Shown here one piece after another: positions 36,706-48,262 of a stretch of DNA of 64,000 nt. Location of the stretch: assembly GCF_006345805.1 (NCBI RefSeq), contig NC_042999.1, forward strand, positions 125,054,001 to 125,118,000. Reading direction: 5' to 3'. The stretch comes from Octopus sinensis (Eukaryota). Made by a program: the position numbers and the translations under genes. Within the stretch, counting starts at the first letter, position 1, and each line of letters begins with the position of its first letter. The notes below the pieces were generated by a model. The model was not told the DNA's origin. It worked only from the letters and a program-made list of their open reading frames with translations, and made no database searches.

Positions 36706-37570
36706 TACATAGGGTAGACAGACTGTGGACAGTTTATCGGTTTCATCCTCTCTTTTCTTCATAATTGGAGTGGAGACTATGCTTTTGGGGTAGTTACTCT
36801 CCACTCCAATTATGAAGAAAAGAGAGGATGAAACTGATAAACTGTCCACAATCTGTCTACCATATGTGAAAGGCCTCTCTAAAAGCATACAAAAGATATG
36901 CAGCCCATATGACATCAGGACAGTATTCAAGAGTAATACAACACTTTGCAAATATCTCCTTCGAGTAAAACCACCAATAGAAGAGAATATGACCAAAGAC
37001 TGTGTGTACTCCATCCCATACAGCTGTGGTAGGTTATACAAAGGCGAAACATGCCGCCCCCTCAAAATATGGGTAGAGGAACATTGCAAAGCTGTAACAC
37101 GGGGAGATATTGATAAATCAGGTATAGCTGATCATGTATGGAAAAATGAAGACCACCTCAAAATAATAAACAGAGAACACCACTGGAAAATACAAAAACT
37201 AAAAGAAGCAGCATATATGCTATGACACAACAATCTCCTAAGCAGACTGAGTGCGGATATGAACAGCATATAGGAACTGGTATTAAGGAAGGATAGGAGA
37301 ATATTAGATTTATAAGCCCTAAAATTCACTCTATAATTGCCCACAGGTATAAGGCATAGTGGTTAAGAGCACAGGCTATTAACCCCAAGATTCCGAGTTC
37401 AATTCCAGGCAGTGACCTGAATAATAGTAATAATAACAACATCGAAAAATACGAGAACCCAGGTTCGAAATTTCCCCAAGACACCTGATGAAGGCTGGAG
37501 GGTATATCAGCTGAAATGTGTTAACAACAAACAATATGAGGACAAATACCCATCAAATGTAAATAATGTA
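36706..37570 (+). mobile_element. Penelope-like element fragment with 5' inverted duplication, GIY-YIG ORF, tRNA-like head and hammerhead core
   Basis: ORF 36812-37225 (LPYVKGLSKSIQKIC...VFK...L...L...K...KDCVYSIPYSCGRLYKGET) is a typical PLE linker plus GIY-YIG. Confidence 0.88.
37481..37522 (+). ncRNA. Minimal hammerhead-ribozyme core (degenerate) in the PLE terminal repeat
   Basis: CTGATGA 37485-37491, stem II GGCTG/CAGCT, GAAA 37513-37516; stem III decayed. Confidence 0.5.
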
Positions 37571-38366
37571 CAGTTTAGCTAATGTTAACATATTTAAAGT
37601 GGGGGAACATTTTTTAATTATTTATCCTCTAAATATGTCTGTATTCCTATGCCAACTAGTGTACAATATTTCCCAATAGACTAAAATCCAAAATTTGAGG
37701 TAAATGATTGTGTTTAGCATCAGCAACAAATTAGCTCATAACTTCAAAGAAAAGTTCCAATAACTTCAATCAGTGCCATCTTAACATTTTAGCATTTAAA
37801 CTGACCATAACTGGCCCAAATATTCTACCTGTTTTATGTTCAAATTGGCCAGATCTGGCCTCTCACACCTAGCCTACAATGTCATTCTAAAAATATACAA
37901 TCACATGATCAAAATCTCAAAGCAACAAAATGATGCATAACTAATTCAAAACAATGTGAATAAATAAGTATTGTTTTTTTCCCTAAAGAATGGCACCTCT
38001 GAGATTAGACTACCGAGTAAGATCAACTAAATAGTAAATTTTAAAAAATCAAACCAATTATCTTCAAATATTAAAAAATAAAAAGAAATATAAATCTGTC
38101 TAACCAAAGAGAGCATGGAAAAATGGATGTAAAAAAAATTAACAAACACAAGACCACAAATTTTATGTAAAGGTTATAGTTGATTACAAGCGACCTGAAG
38201 ATTTGACTAGTATTGATGACCTCAAAGATGAAAAGCACAGTAGAAACCAATGAGATTTGAAACCAGAATGTAAAGTGAAGCAACAAAACACCACAAAGTA
38301 TTTCATTTCTGTTGCAAAGGAGAGGAGATAGGGCTTAATGATATTCAAAATTGAAGGATATATATA

Positions 38367-38409
<43 letters not shown>

Positions 38410-38427
38410 AGAAGAATTCTAATAATT

Positions 38428-38778
38428 TCTATATATATAAATGGCAAAATGTCTGTGTGTGTGTCCTTTATACAAATCCACAATTCTTCAGTTAAAGGGC
38501 TCACACTTTCTATGGTCATTCAAAACCGTCCAAGGGTGGTCGTGCACATCTTTACATTTCCCCAGTCACCCTGCAAAGCCATTAAAAAATCAATAGAAGT
38601 GACTTTTCTATCCAAAACCCAATCAAAATGCCTGAAACTTGATACGCCAATTGAATGCCAGCTAGCTGTATGTGATTGGTCGGAGATTTGGACAGTACTC
38701 GCATGTATGTGCACACGCACGCAGCTGTATATGCATGCACTAGCACTATGCCTCGGCAACGCCAGGTCATAGTGCTAG
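38428..38778 (+). mobile_element. Non-autonomous Helitron
   Basis: 5' TCTATATATATAAA, internal (GT)n, 3' hairpin ctagcactatg-cctcggcaacgccaggt-catagtgctag ending CTAG|T. Confidence 0.75.
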
Positions 38779-39546
38779 TAAAGAAATAAACGAGATTACT
38801 GGATTCAATAAAAAAAATGATAGATCATATCTTTACTAAAAAGTCCTATATATATAAATAAATTCATGAGTGTTATCTTGCATAGACATACAAATTCAGA
38901 TTTATGACGGTAAGAGAAAAGAGATTGCATGATAGTTGATAGTTAACCTGCTGTGTATACAGCAATACTTACCTCATAACTTATTTAAGCATATTGTCAA
39001 AATAGATTGTTATCCAAAACATTTAGAATGTAAATGAATGACCATTAACAATAGCTTTAGTACTAGAGCATTCAGCTTGTAGTTTTGAAGATAAAATGGT
39101 AGTTAATAATTGTTAATATGAATTATTTATCAATAGCTCCTACAGTAATGTGTTATCAACCAGCATGCTGAAATCAGTGTTATTAGTATTGATCTTTTAT
39201 ATAAGCATTCAAGAAAACTAGTAAATAATTTTTTAGAATGAAATGTAAAAATTATGATTGCATATATTCAATCATCATCAGTTAATGCCTATGTTCCATG
39301 CTGGAATGGGTTGGACAGTATGACAGAATCCAATGAGTCTAAAGACTGCATTGTGTTTCAGTGCCTACTTTGGCTGGACACACTTCCTAATACCCATGAC
39401 TTTACAGCATGTACTAGGTCCCTTTTTTCAGGCTACCTGTACCATTGAGGTTGCTATGCAGACTTGCAGGAGCAAAAACTTTGCGAGAGGTCGGAGGTGG
39501 TCAGCTTCATACAAGGGGAGAAGGGCAGAGATGATTGCAATCAGAA

Positions 39547-39887
39547 CAGTGGTTCTCAATCAGGGGTCCATATGGCCCCTGAGAGATCATATAAGGTTTT
39601 TGGGGGTCCATGCAACCAAATAGAAAATTGGGGATCCACAATAGTATTTTAAGAGCTCTGAAAAAATTTTGCTTTAGATGTATTTATTGCAAGAAACAGC
39701 TAAGTTTCTTTCTCTGGCATTTTACATAGTTCAACCTACACAAATGAATGTGTAAAAAACAAAATAGGAATTTTGAAAGAAGTATCTATAAAACTAGTTT
39801 TTAAACATTGAATGGCTACAGGGGGTCCATCAGAATAAAATAACAATCAAAGGGGGTCCATAGATGAAAAATGGCAGAGAATCCCTG
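39547..39887. mobile_element. hAT-type MITE
   Basis: Ends CAGTGGTTCTCAA ... agagaatccctg, the hAT/Charlie TIR pattern; target-site duplication not recognisable. Confidence 0.7.
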
Positions 39888-40217
39888 TTATAGAGGATCT
39901 GCAAGGCCACTCACATTTAGTTGGAGAAGGGGAGAAAGAGATAAGAGAAATGTTCAGTGGGAGATTAATATTTTGTTTTAGAATGAAATATATTACAATC
40001 AGTTTTAAGTATTAAAGAAAGATAATAGCCTTAAAACAGAGTAGTATAATGTAGCCAGGTAAATTAATATGATAAAATATCACAATTCATTGTGTAGTGT
40101 AATTCTAGGTGGTTAGAGTGTCTCTTAATATTTTATGCTTTATTATGTTCCTGTCTCAAAACTGTAAAGTTATTTCAATAACTTAATAATATATTCAATA
40201 TAATAACAAATAATAAA

Positions 40218-40466
40218 TGCGCTCTTTTAAAGCCTAGCCAGGCTCATGGGCCCGGTTTCCTGGTTTCTATGGCGTATGTGTTCCCCAGCTGGACGGGACA
40301 CCAGTGTCCATCACAGCGTTACTCATTTTTGCCAGCTGAGTGGACTGGAGCAACATGGAATGAAGTGTTTTGCTCAAGAACACAACACGTCACCCGGTCG
40401 AGGAATTGAAACCACAATCTTACGATCATGATGCTGACACCCTAACCACTAAGCCACATGCTTCCA
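40218..40466 (-). mobile_element. SINE family C, apparently full length
   Basis: Reverse strand head gcatgtggcttagtggttagggtgtcagc...ggtttcaattcc (A and B boxes) followed by ttgagcaaaacacttc...ttgctccagtccactcagctggc. Confidence 0.85.
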
Positions 40467-41642
40467 CTTATTCAATATATATACTTAGTAATATATTTAA
40501 CCTTTTAGCATTTAAACCAGCCATATCTGGCCAAAAATTTTTTTCCTGTTTTATCTTCAAACTGGCTAGATCCAACCTCTCACACCTACCTATCAATGTC
40601 ATTCAAAGCATAATCGATTCCATCATTGAATCTCAAAGTTATGAGATAATGCATGGTTAATTCAAAACAATGTGAAGCAATATATTTGACAGAATAATCT
40701 GAATGCTAAAGGGTTAACATATATACTGAATATATTTCTTACCAGTAGTATTTATTTGCTTTATTTTTCTAAGTGATTTGTGTTTAACATTTACATGAAT
40801 TTAATAGCTTTACCACTCAATATCAGCAGCACAAATGCTATAAGCAAGTATTAGAAGATTAATGAATGCCCTATTTTGTTCTTTATTTAATAATTATGGC
40901 TTTTACATCAACTTCATTTCTTTATATGTACTTCTACTCATGTTTGTTTATATGTATGTGCATGTGTGTCTATGTGTGTGTGTGTGTGTGCTCGTCATCC
41001 ACAGGAATGAGATGGCCTGTCCATCATAGCTGATTCCTAATAAGCATAGCTTGGATTGATGTAATCCTCGTTTCAGCAAAAACCTCAGTGTCAGGAATGA
41101 GTGAAGATCAGCTTATTCTGAGTATGTAGCAGACATTTCTGGTGAAATCTCTCCAGCATTTTTACACAATGCATGTATAGTGATCAAGTTTCAGAAGAAT
41201 ACACAAGTGCAGAAAGATAAATGCGATGGGAAGAGCAATTATAGGTTCAAGAGTTCAAACTCTGTAATGAGCAGACAGAGACATCGTGTGTGTGCGTGTG
41301 TGTGAATTGCCACTGCGGTTGGATTTGCTTTCAGTTTAAGATGTCTGGAAAGAAGCTATCAAATAGAATGGAAGGAACCGTAAGGGAATTACACTGGATA
41401 TTAAACTTAATATTTTAAAAAGATTTGAAGCAGAAGTAAAACCAAGTTTACTGAAACATTAAATTTTGTAACGTCTACCGTGGGAACAATTCATGACAAC
41501 AGAGAGAAATTTATGTTAAGTTCTCAAGAAGCTACTCCGTTAATGGTCCACACCTTATTTTTCCATAGATCCATAAAGATTTCCATAATGCTTAAAATGG
41601 AATGATTCTTGTGTGTATGGGTCAAGGACGAGAATTGGAGTA

Positions 41643-44600
41643 ATCATCATCATCATTTAACGTCCACTTTCCATGCTAGCATGGGTTGGACGTTTCAACT
41701 GGGGGTCTGGGAAGCCCGAAGGCTGCACCAGGCCAGTCAGATCTGGCAGTGTTTCTACAGCTGGATGCCATTCCTAACGCCAACCACTCCGTGAGTGTAG
41801 TGGGTGCTTTTTATGTGCCACCGACACAGGTGCCAGACGAGGCTGGCGAACAGCCACGCTCGGATGGTGTTTTTTACGTGCCACCGGCACGGAGGCCAGG
41901 CAAGGCTGGAACGGCCACGATCGGATGGTGTTTGTTACGTGCCACCAGCACGGAGGCCAGTCGATGTGGTACTGGCTACGGCCACGTTCGGATGGTTTTC
42001 TTATGTGCCACTGGCACTGGTATCACAAAACTACAAATTCCATTGATGTTCATCAATTTTGATTTGATTCTTTGATTTTTGATTTTCACTTGCCTCAATA
42101 GGTCTTCACAAGTAGAGTTATGTGTCCCAAGAAGGAAGGTATGCACAGGTAGACTGACTACGTCCCAGGTAGGGGCCATGGGTTATGGCCTCACTTGTCC
42201 TGCCAGGTCTTCTCGCGCACAGCATACTTCCAAAGGTCTGGTCTCTGGTCATTTCCTCGGTGAGACCTAAAGAGCGATGGTCGTTCTTCACCACCTCGTC
42301 CCAGGTTTTCCTAGGTCTACCTCTTCCACAGGTTCCCTCAACCGCTAGGGTATGGCACTTTTTCACACAACTATCTTCATCCATTCTTACTACGTGTCCA
42401 TACCAGCATAGACGCTTCTCTTGCACACCACATCTGATGCTTCTTAGGTCCAACTTTCTTCTCAAGGCACTTACACTCTGTCGGGTATGAACACTGACAT
42501 TACACACCCAACGGAGCATACTGGCTTCATTTCTTGCGAGCTTATGCATATCCTCAGCAGTCACGGCCCATGTTTCACTGCCATGTAGCATGGCTGTTCG
42601 CACACATACGTCATACAGTCTGCCTTTTACTCTGAGCGAGAGACCTTTTGTCACCAGCAGAGGTAAGAGCTCTCTGAACTTTGCCCAGGCTATTCTTACT
42701 CTAGCAGTTACACTTTCGGCACACCCACCCCCGCTACTAGGTAACGGAAACTATCAACTATTTCAAGTTTTTCTCCCTGGAATGTGGCGGAAAATGGTCT
42801 CTGCGCATTTTCAGTGTTTATTGCACCAGAGCATCTACCACATACAAAAACTATATTCCTAGTTAGCCTTCCTTTGACATTGCTGCACCTCTTATGTGTC
42901 CATAGCTTACACTTGGTGCATCTTATAGAGTTCCTACCTACGCCTTTTCTACAGATCGAGCAGGGCCATCTACCTGAAGGCATTTGAGATTTGTCTACCT
43001 TCCTACTTATTAGGACTTTGGTTTTAGCTAGATTGACTGTAAAGCCCTTCGATTCTAATCCTTGCCTCCACACCTGAAACTTCTCCTCGAGTTCTGATAG
43101 TGATTCAGCAATTAGAGCAAGGTCATCAGCATAGAGGAGCTCCCAGTGGCATCCTGTCTTGAATTCCTCCGTTATTGCCTGGAGGACTATGATAAATAGG
43201 AGGGGGCTGAGGACTGAGCCTTGGTGGACCCCAACCTCCACCCAGAATTCTTCACTGTACTCGTTGCCAACCCTCACCTTAGTAACAGCGTCCCTGTACA
43301 TAGCACGCACAGCTCTCACTAACCATTCATCTATCCCTAGTTTCCTCATTGACCACCAGATAAGGGATTGGGGGACCCTGTCAAAGGCTTTCTCCATGTC
43401 AACAAAAGCCAGGTACAGGGGCTTATCTTTGGCTAGGTATTTCTCCTGCAGCTGTCTCACCAGAAATATGGCATCAGTGGTGCTTTTCCCTGGCACGAAA
43501 CCAAACTGCATCTCATCTAGGTTGACTCTCTCTCTAATCAGTTGGGCTATAACCCTTTCCGTAACCTTCATTACCTGATCCAACAGCTTGATACCTCTGT
43601 AATTACTTGTATCTAGGGCGTCACCTTTACCTTTGTAGCAGTTGACTATTATGCTACTACACCAGTCATTGGGTATGACTCCTTCGTGTATCACCTAGTT
43701 AACTATACGGGTGACTAGGCTATAGCCGACACTGCCAGATATTTTGAGCATCTCAGCATTAATTCCTGATGGGCCTGGGGCTTTCCCTGTCTTCATGCTT
43801 CTAATTGCCTTAACTACCATGGAACTGTCAACTCGGATAGCTGGTCCCTCTATTGGGTCGACATTCGGCAGACTCTCTTTATCCCATTCATTCTCTTTGT
43901 TGAGCAACCTTTTATAGTGGCATCTCCAAACCTCTCTCTTTGCATCCTCATTTAGCGCAAGTGAACCATCATCCATGCGAACACATTTCTCTCCTACCAC
44001 ATCATGATTCTCTCTCACACACTGTCTTGCAACATGAAACACCTCAAATCTTTGGTTCTCACGGCACAAAACATTGGCAAATTTTTTCTTATCTGCTTCC
44101 CCTCTAGCTAAATATACCTGTCTCCTAGCTTCTCTTTTCGCAGTCTGATACAATTCCCTACTACCGCCTTTCCTCCAGTCCTTCCAAGCCTGTCTCTTGT
44201 CTCTAATAGCCCTGTCTACAACATTGTTCTACCACCACGTTACCCTGGGACGAGATGGGACTTTGCTCCATCCACAGATCTGGCCAGTGGCTCTCAGCAG
44301 ATTGTCCCGTAGAAACCTCCAGTTGGCTTCCACATTATGTGATGCTATATCCCCTTCTATTTCGTCGAAAGCTTCGAGTAGAACTTCTCTAAATCTCCGT
44401 CCATTTACAGGATCTTTAAGTTTCCAGACTCTTCTCCTCCGAGCTGGTCTTCTTCTGGGCAGCCATTTGGCCCTGATCCTGAAGTCGCTAACTACTAATC
44501 TATGTTGAGGAGTACATTCCTCGCCTGGGAAGGTTTTGGCATTTATAAGCAGCCCTCTTTCCCTCTTTCTGGCGAGGATGTAGTCGATCTGGCTAGTGTG

Positions 44601-45107
44601 TCTGCCAGAACGGTAGGTGACTAGGTGAGAGGTGGGTTTCCTGAAGTTGGTATTGCAAATCATAAGGTCATTTGCATTGCAGAACTCCAGCAGCCTGGTT
44701 CCCTCCTCATTGCGAGAACCAAAACCGTAGCCCCCGTGTATGCCATGGAAGCCCCTGACATGCCGTCCAACATGTCCATTGAAGTCACCTGCCACGAAGA
44801 GAAGGTCACTGTCATTTGTCAACGAGGTAGTCTGTAATAAGGTGTCATAGAATCGGTCTTTCGGCCCTTCTGGTAGCCCTGGCTGAGGGGCATATGCCGA
44901 GATAATGGTTGCTGACCTATGATAAAGCACTAATCTAATCTTAAGTATTCTGTCACATACTCTGACTACCTCGACTACCTTATCAACCCATTTCTCTGCA
45001 AGAAGTATACCCACGCCCCCAACCCCGTCAGTGTTCCCTGCCCAGAAAATCTTGTACCTGTATTCTTTGCCTGTGAGGAACCTAGCGGAACCTCCTCTCC
45101 AATTTAC
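41643..45107 (-). mobile_element. 5'-truncated RTE-clade LINE (APE endonuclease, RT, PHD finger, 3'UTR and (GAT)n tail), inactivated
   Basis: Endonuclease motifs SAYAPQ, GDFNGHVG, IDYIL; RT motifs YRGIKLL, QFGF, AFDRV, GVHQGSVLSP, YADD. Three ORFs lie in one frame separated by TAG stops (44229-44231, 43695-43697); a small deletion near 42740 shifts the frame. Confidence 0.96.
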
Positions 45108-48095
45108 TTGTAAAGATAAATACAATAGCAATTAAAGAAAGAGCCAAAAGCTAATATAACAATTTGCCAAAAAAGAAAAACAGGAAAAGGTATAACAAGT
45201 GCATGAATTTGCACAACATAAAAATAACGAGTGAAACTGAGAGCACTGGTTCAGAGGCTGCTACTACTAATCTTGGGCAGTTGATGAAAACGATTGTTTT
45301 TCACACACATCTAAGAGGAAAATTCTCCCAGAACTATTTTCACAGTAGGATGTCATATCACTTGAACATGTTAAATATGACTTCACACAAATATTTATTT
45401 GGGTGAGTGTATATATCATCATTAACATCACCATCATCATAGATTTTACGTTAACTTTTCCATGCTTGCATGGATCAGATGGAATTATGTTGCGGCAGAT
45501 TTTTATGGCCTAATACCCTTCCTGTCACCAACCCTCACCTCCTTCCAGGTAAGGTGATATTTTCTCCCTCTATATTTTAAAGGTCATGGGCCAACAGGTT
45601 TTTGGGATCTGACAATATGCCATAAGGCTAAACCTTTTATGGACGGGAAACCTAAGGTAATCCCATAAACCAGCCTTCCCTATTTTTAATATATATATAT
45701 TATATATATAATTGAGATTCAGTTGAATTAGGTACCTAAGTTGAAGCACCAAATCAGTGTGGTATTATCCATACAACTCAAAGTAAGGTGAATAAAATCA
45801 AAATAAGCAACAGGATATCAAGAGGTGATGCAGTACAACCGTTGCAAGCAGCTCCATTTAATTGAACAATGCAATCATTACATCAATTTAAATGCAAGGC
45901 TATCCTCAGCTACATACATAAATAAATAGAATTTTTAATCAGTCAGACACTTTAGTATAATTTTACTCAAATACTCTAATAGAGCAAGAAGATGGAAAGA
46001 ATCCATGTTGCTACTAGTGTAGCTAAGAATATACTATACTTATAAGAAATGTATGAAGTCTGTTGGGGTCATAGCTTGTAAGTCTTTTTATCAACTACTA
46101 AATCTAGGACGAGAAGACTGTGTCTGTTTAGAATGGAAGGCAGGAGTGAGTTGGGTATGGTCAAAAATATTGCCAAGATTTTAGGAGTAGTGTAAAGTAA
46201 GTGTCTGTAAAGGAGACTGGGTAGGGGAAGACCCCAAATCAAGATATTAATTACCAGTTAAAGGGGAAAGATGCAATTAAACCTGTGATGTTAATACAGA
46301 GGAAATTTTATCATGGAGTACTATGAGTGATTGTTTATAAACAATATTGTTATGTTGTATAAAGATAAAATTTAAGATTATAAAAAATGATATTATAACC
46401 CAAATAAATAAAATGTGTATATATACCAATTTTTAACATTAGAAATACAAATACAAAATACAGATACAAAATGGCTGATCGTTAGTAAGGAGAGACACAC
46501 AAATAAGAAAGAAGAAAGTAAAGGACCACTGATGAGGTCACAGAAGTGTGACGATAGAACTCTGGCCGAAATAAGATTAATGTAAAAAATAAAATAAAGC
46601 TGAAGCAAATTAGTACCAAATATATAGTGCGTGTGCTTTTATTGACTAAACTGGCAACATGACCATCCCTAAATACAACTATATATATATATGTATACAG
46701 TTATAGCTTACAGACCCTACAAATGTGCAGTTGGATCCACGAATATAATTATAATCCGATAAAACAAACAGGTTTTAAGTCTAGGACTCCTTGTAACACA
46801 TGCTACGGGCCCAGCCCTAACATATCCCAACCCGATTATATAGGAAACGTTTAAAGAAATTGCTATCAATTGGTAGATGTGAAAGGTATTTTGTAATTGA
46901 TCTGTGCACCGTGGGAGATAACAGATTTCAGACTGGTCCATGAGCTATTTTTGGGTTTACCATGACTGGGTGTGTATAATCTTTATCCGGATGCCGCATA
47001 GAACATACACATGACATGGTACTTCCATTTTATTAACAGAAGAAAACATCAAAGTGATCATTCGATTTGCCAGAAATAGCAGCCAAATCTCATTCAAATT
47101 GTACCATACTATCTTAAAAAAAGAAAGACTAGATCGATAGAATAGGAAGGCCTTTGATCAGTGTTCTACTTAATCACAAGAGCATGTTCCCATCAGATTG
47201 TGCAGTCATCAGTATGAGATTTTTACAGTTAATTAATCTTATTTAGCCTAATTAAACAGACATATAATTAAAGGTATTCAGTTAAACTGAATATATTTTC
47301 TTTTATACTATAGTAAGGTGCAGTTTAAGGAATTTATGGCTGGTTAACTGACAGAAGGAAAAACGATCCGCTGAGGTCCGCTTCGCGAATTCGTTACTTT
47401 TTTTTTCTTTTAGCAAGAAATGTTTCGATTCACAAATGAATTGTCATTGCTGATAAACAGGTTTTCTAAAATGTATTTGATCAAAATCAAAATATAAGTG
47501 AATTTAAATACCGCCCAATAATAATGGAAATGCAAAACTCATAATCAGCAAATATTAATTATAAAAGTACATGTCAACTAAGAAACGAACAAAATAGATA
47601 ATTAAAGGGAAATGTAAATAAGAAATCTACATTTTACGAAGAATTGAATCAACGACAATTTAATATAAATAAATAAAATATTTTTGGCCTTGGTTTAATT
47701 GCAACACAGCATTTAGTTGCGATTACGTGGTAAAATAAAATGTGCGGCTTTATACGAAACAGTAATATGAGAAGGAAAGACGTGTAAAAAAGAAAATAAA
47801 CGAAAGTAGACCTACAAACGACCTTGACAGAGAATACAAGAGAAAAATTATGATCGAAGTATACCCAACGTGATATCTTTTTAAAGTAAAATATGTTTAT
47901 AAAATAGTAATTTTTTTACAATATTTACAGGAATAGATTGTTTACATACCCCCACAAATGAGCTTGAAATTAATTGTCTTTTAATCACGTTGAATGACGG
48001 TCCTGATGGTGTCACCAAAATAAGTTTACTAAAAACACAATAGAGTTACGTCCCTTACCTATAGAATACCCGGCATTATATAATTGTTTCAAATT

Positions 48096-48262
48096 TTTGC
48101 ACAAGGCCAGCAATTTGGGAACAGATTGGATCGTCGATTCGATCGACTTCAGCTCTCAGCTAGTACATGTTTTATCGACAAAGACAAAGTCGACCTTCTC
48201 GACATTTGAACTCAGAGCTTATAGTCGGAAGAAATGCTGTAAGCATTTTGTCCGGTGTCTCA
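48096..48262 (-). mobile_element. SINE family A copy, diverged but CpG-retaining
   Basis: ttttatcgac...aaagtcgacc...atttgaactcagag...aagcattttgtccgg. Confidence 0.7.

Noticed and set aside
36643-37089. 148-aa antisense ORF (and 11076-11324)
   Set aside because: Antisense shadow of the Penelope-like GIY-YIG ORF.
37345-37416. tRNA gene call for the A/B-box segment (also the SINE heads at 40466, 52474, 3941)
   Set aside because: Acceptor stem not formed and the segments are embedded in repeated elements; treated as tRNA-derived heads, not tRNAs.
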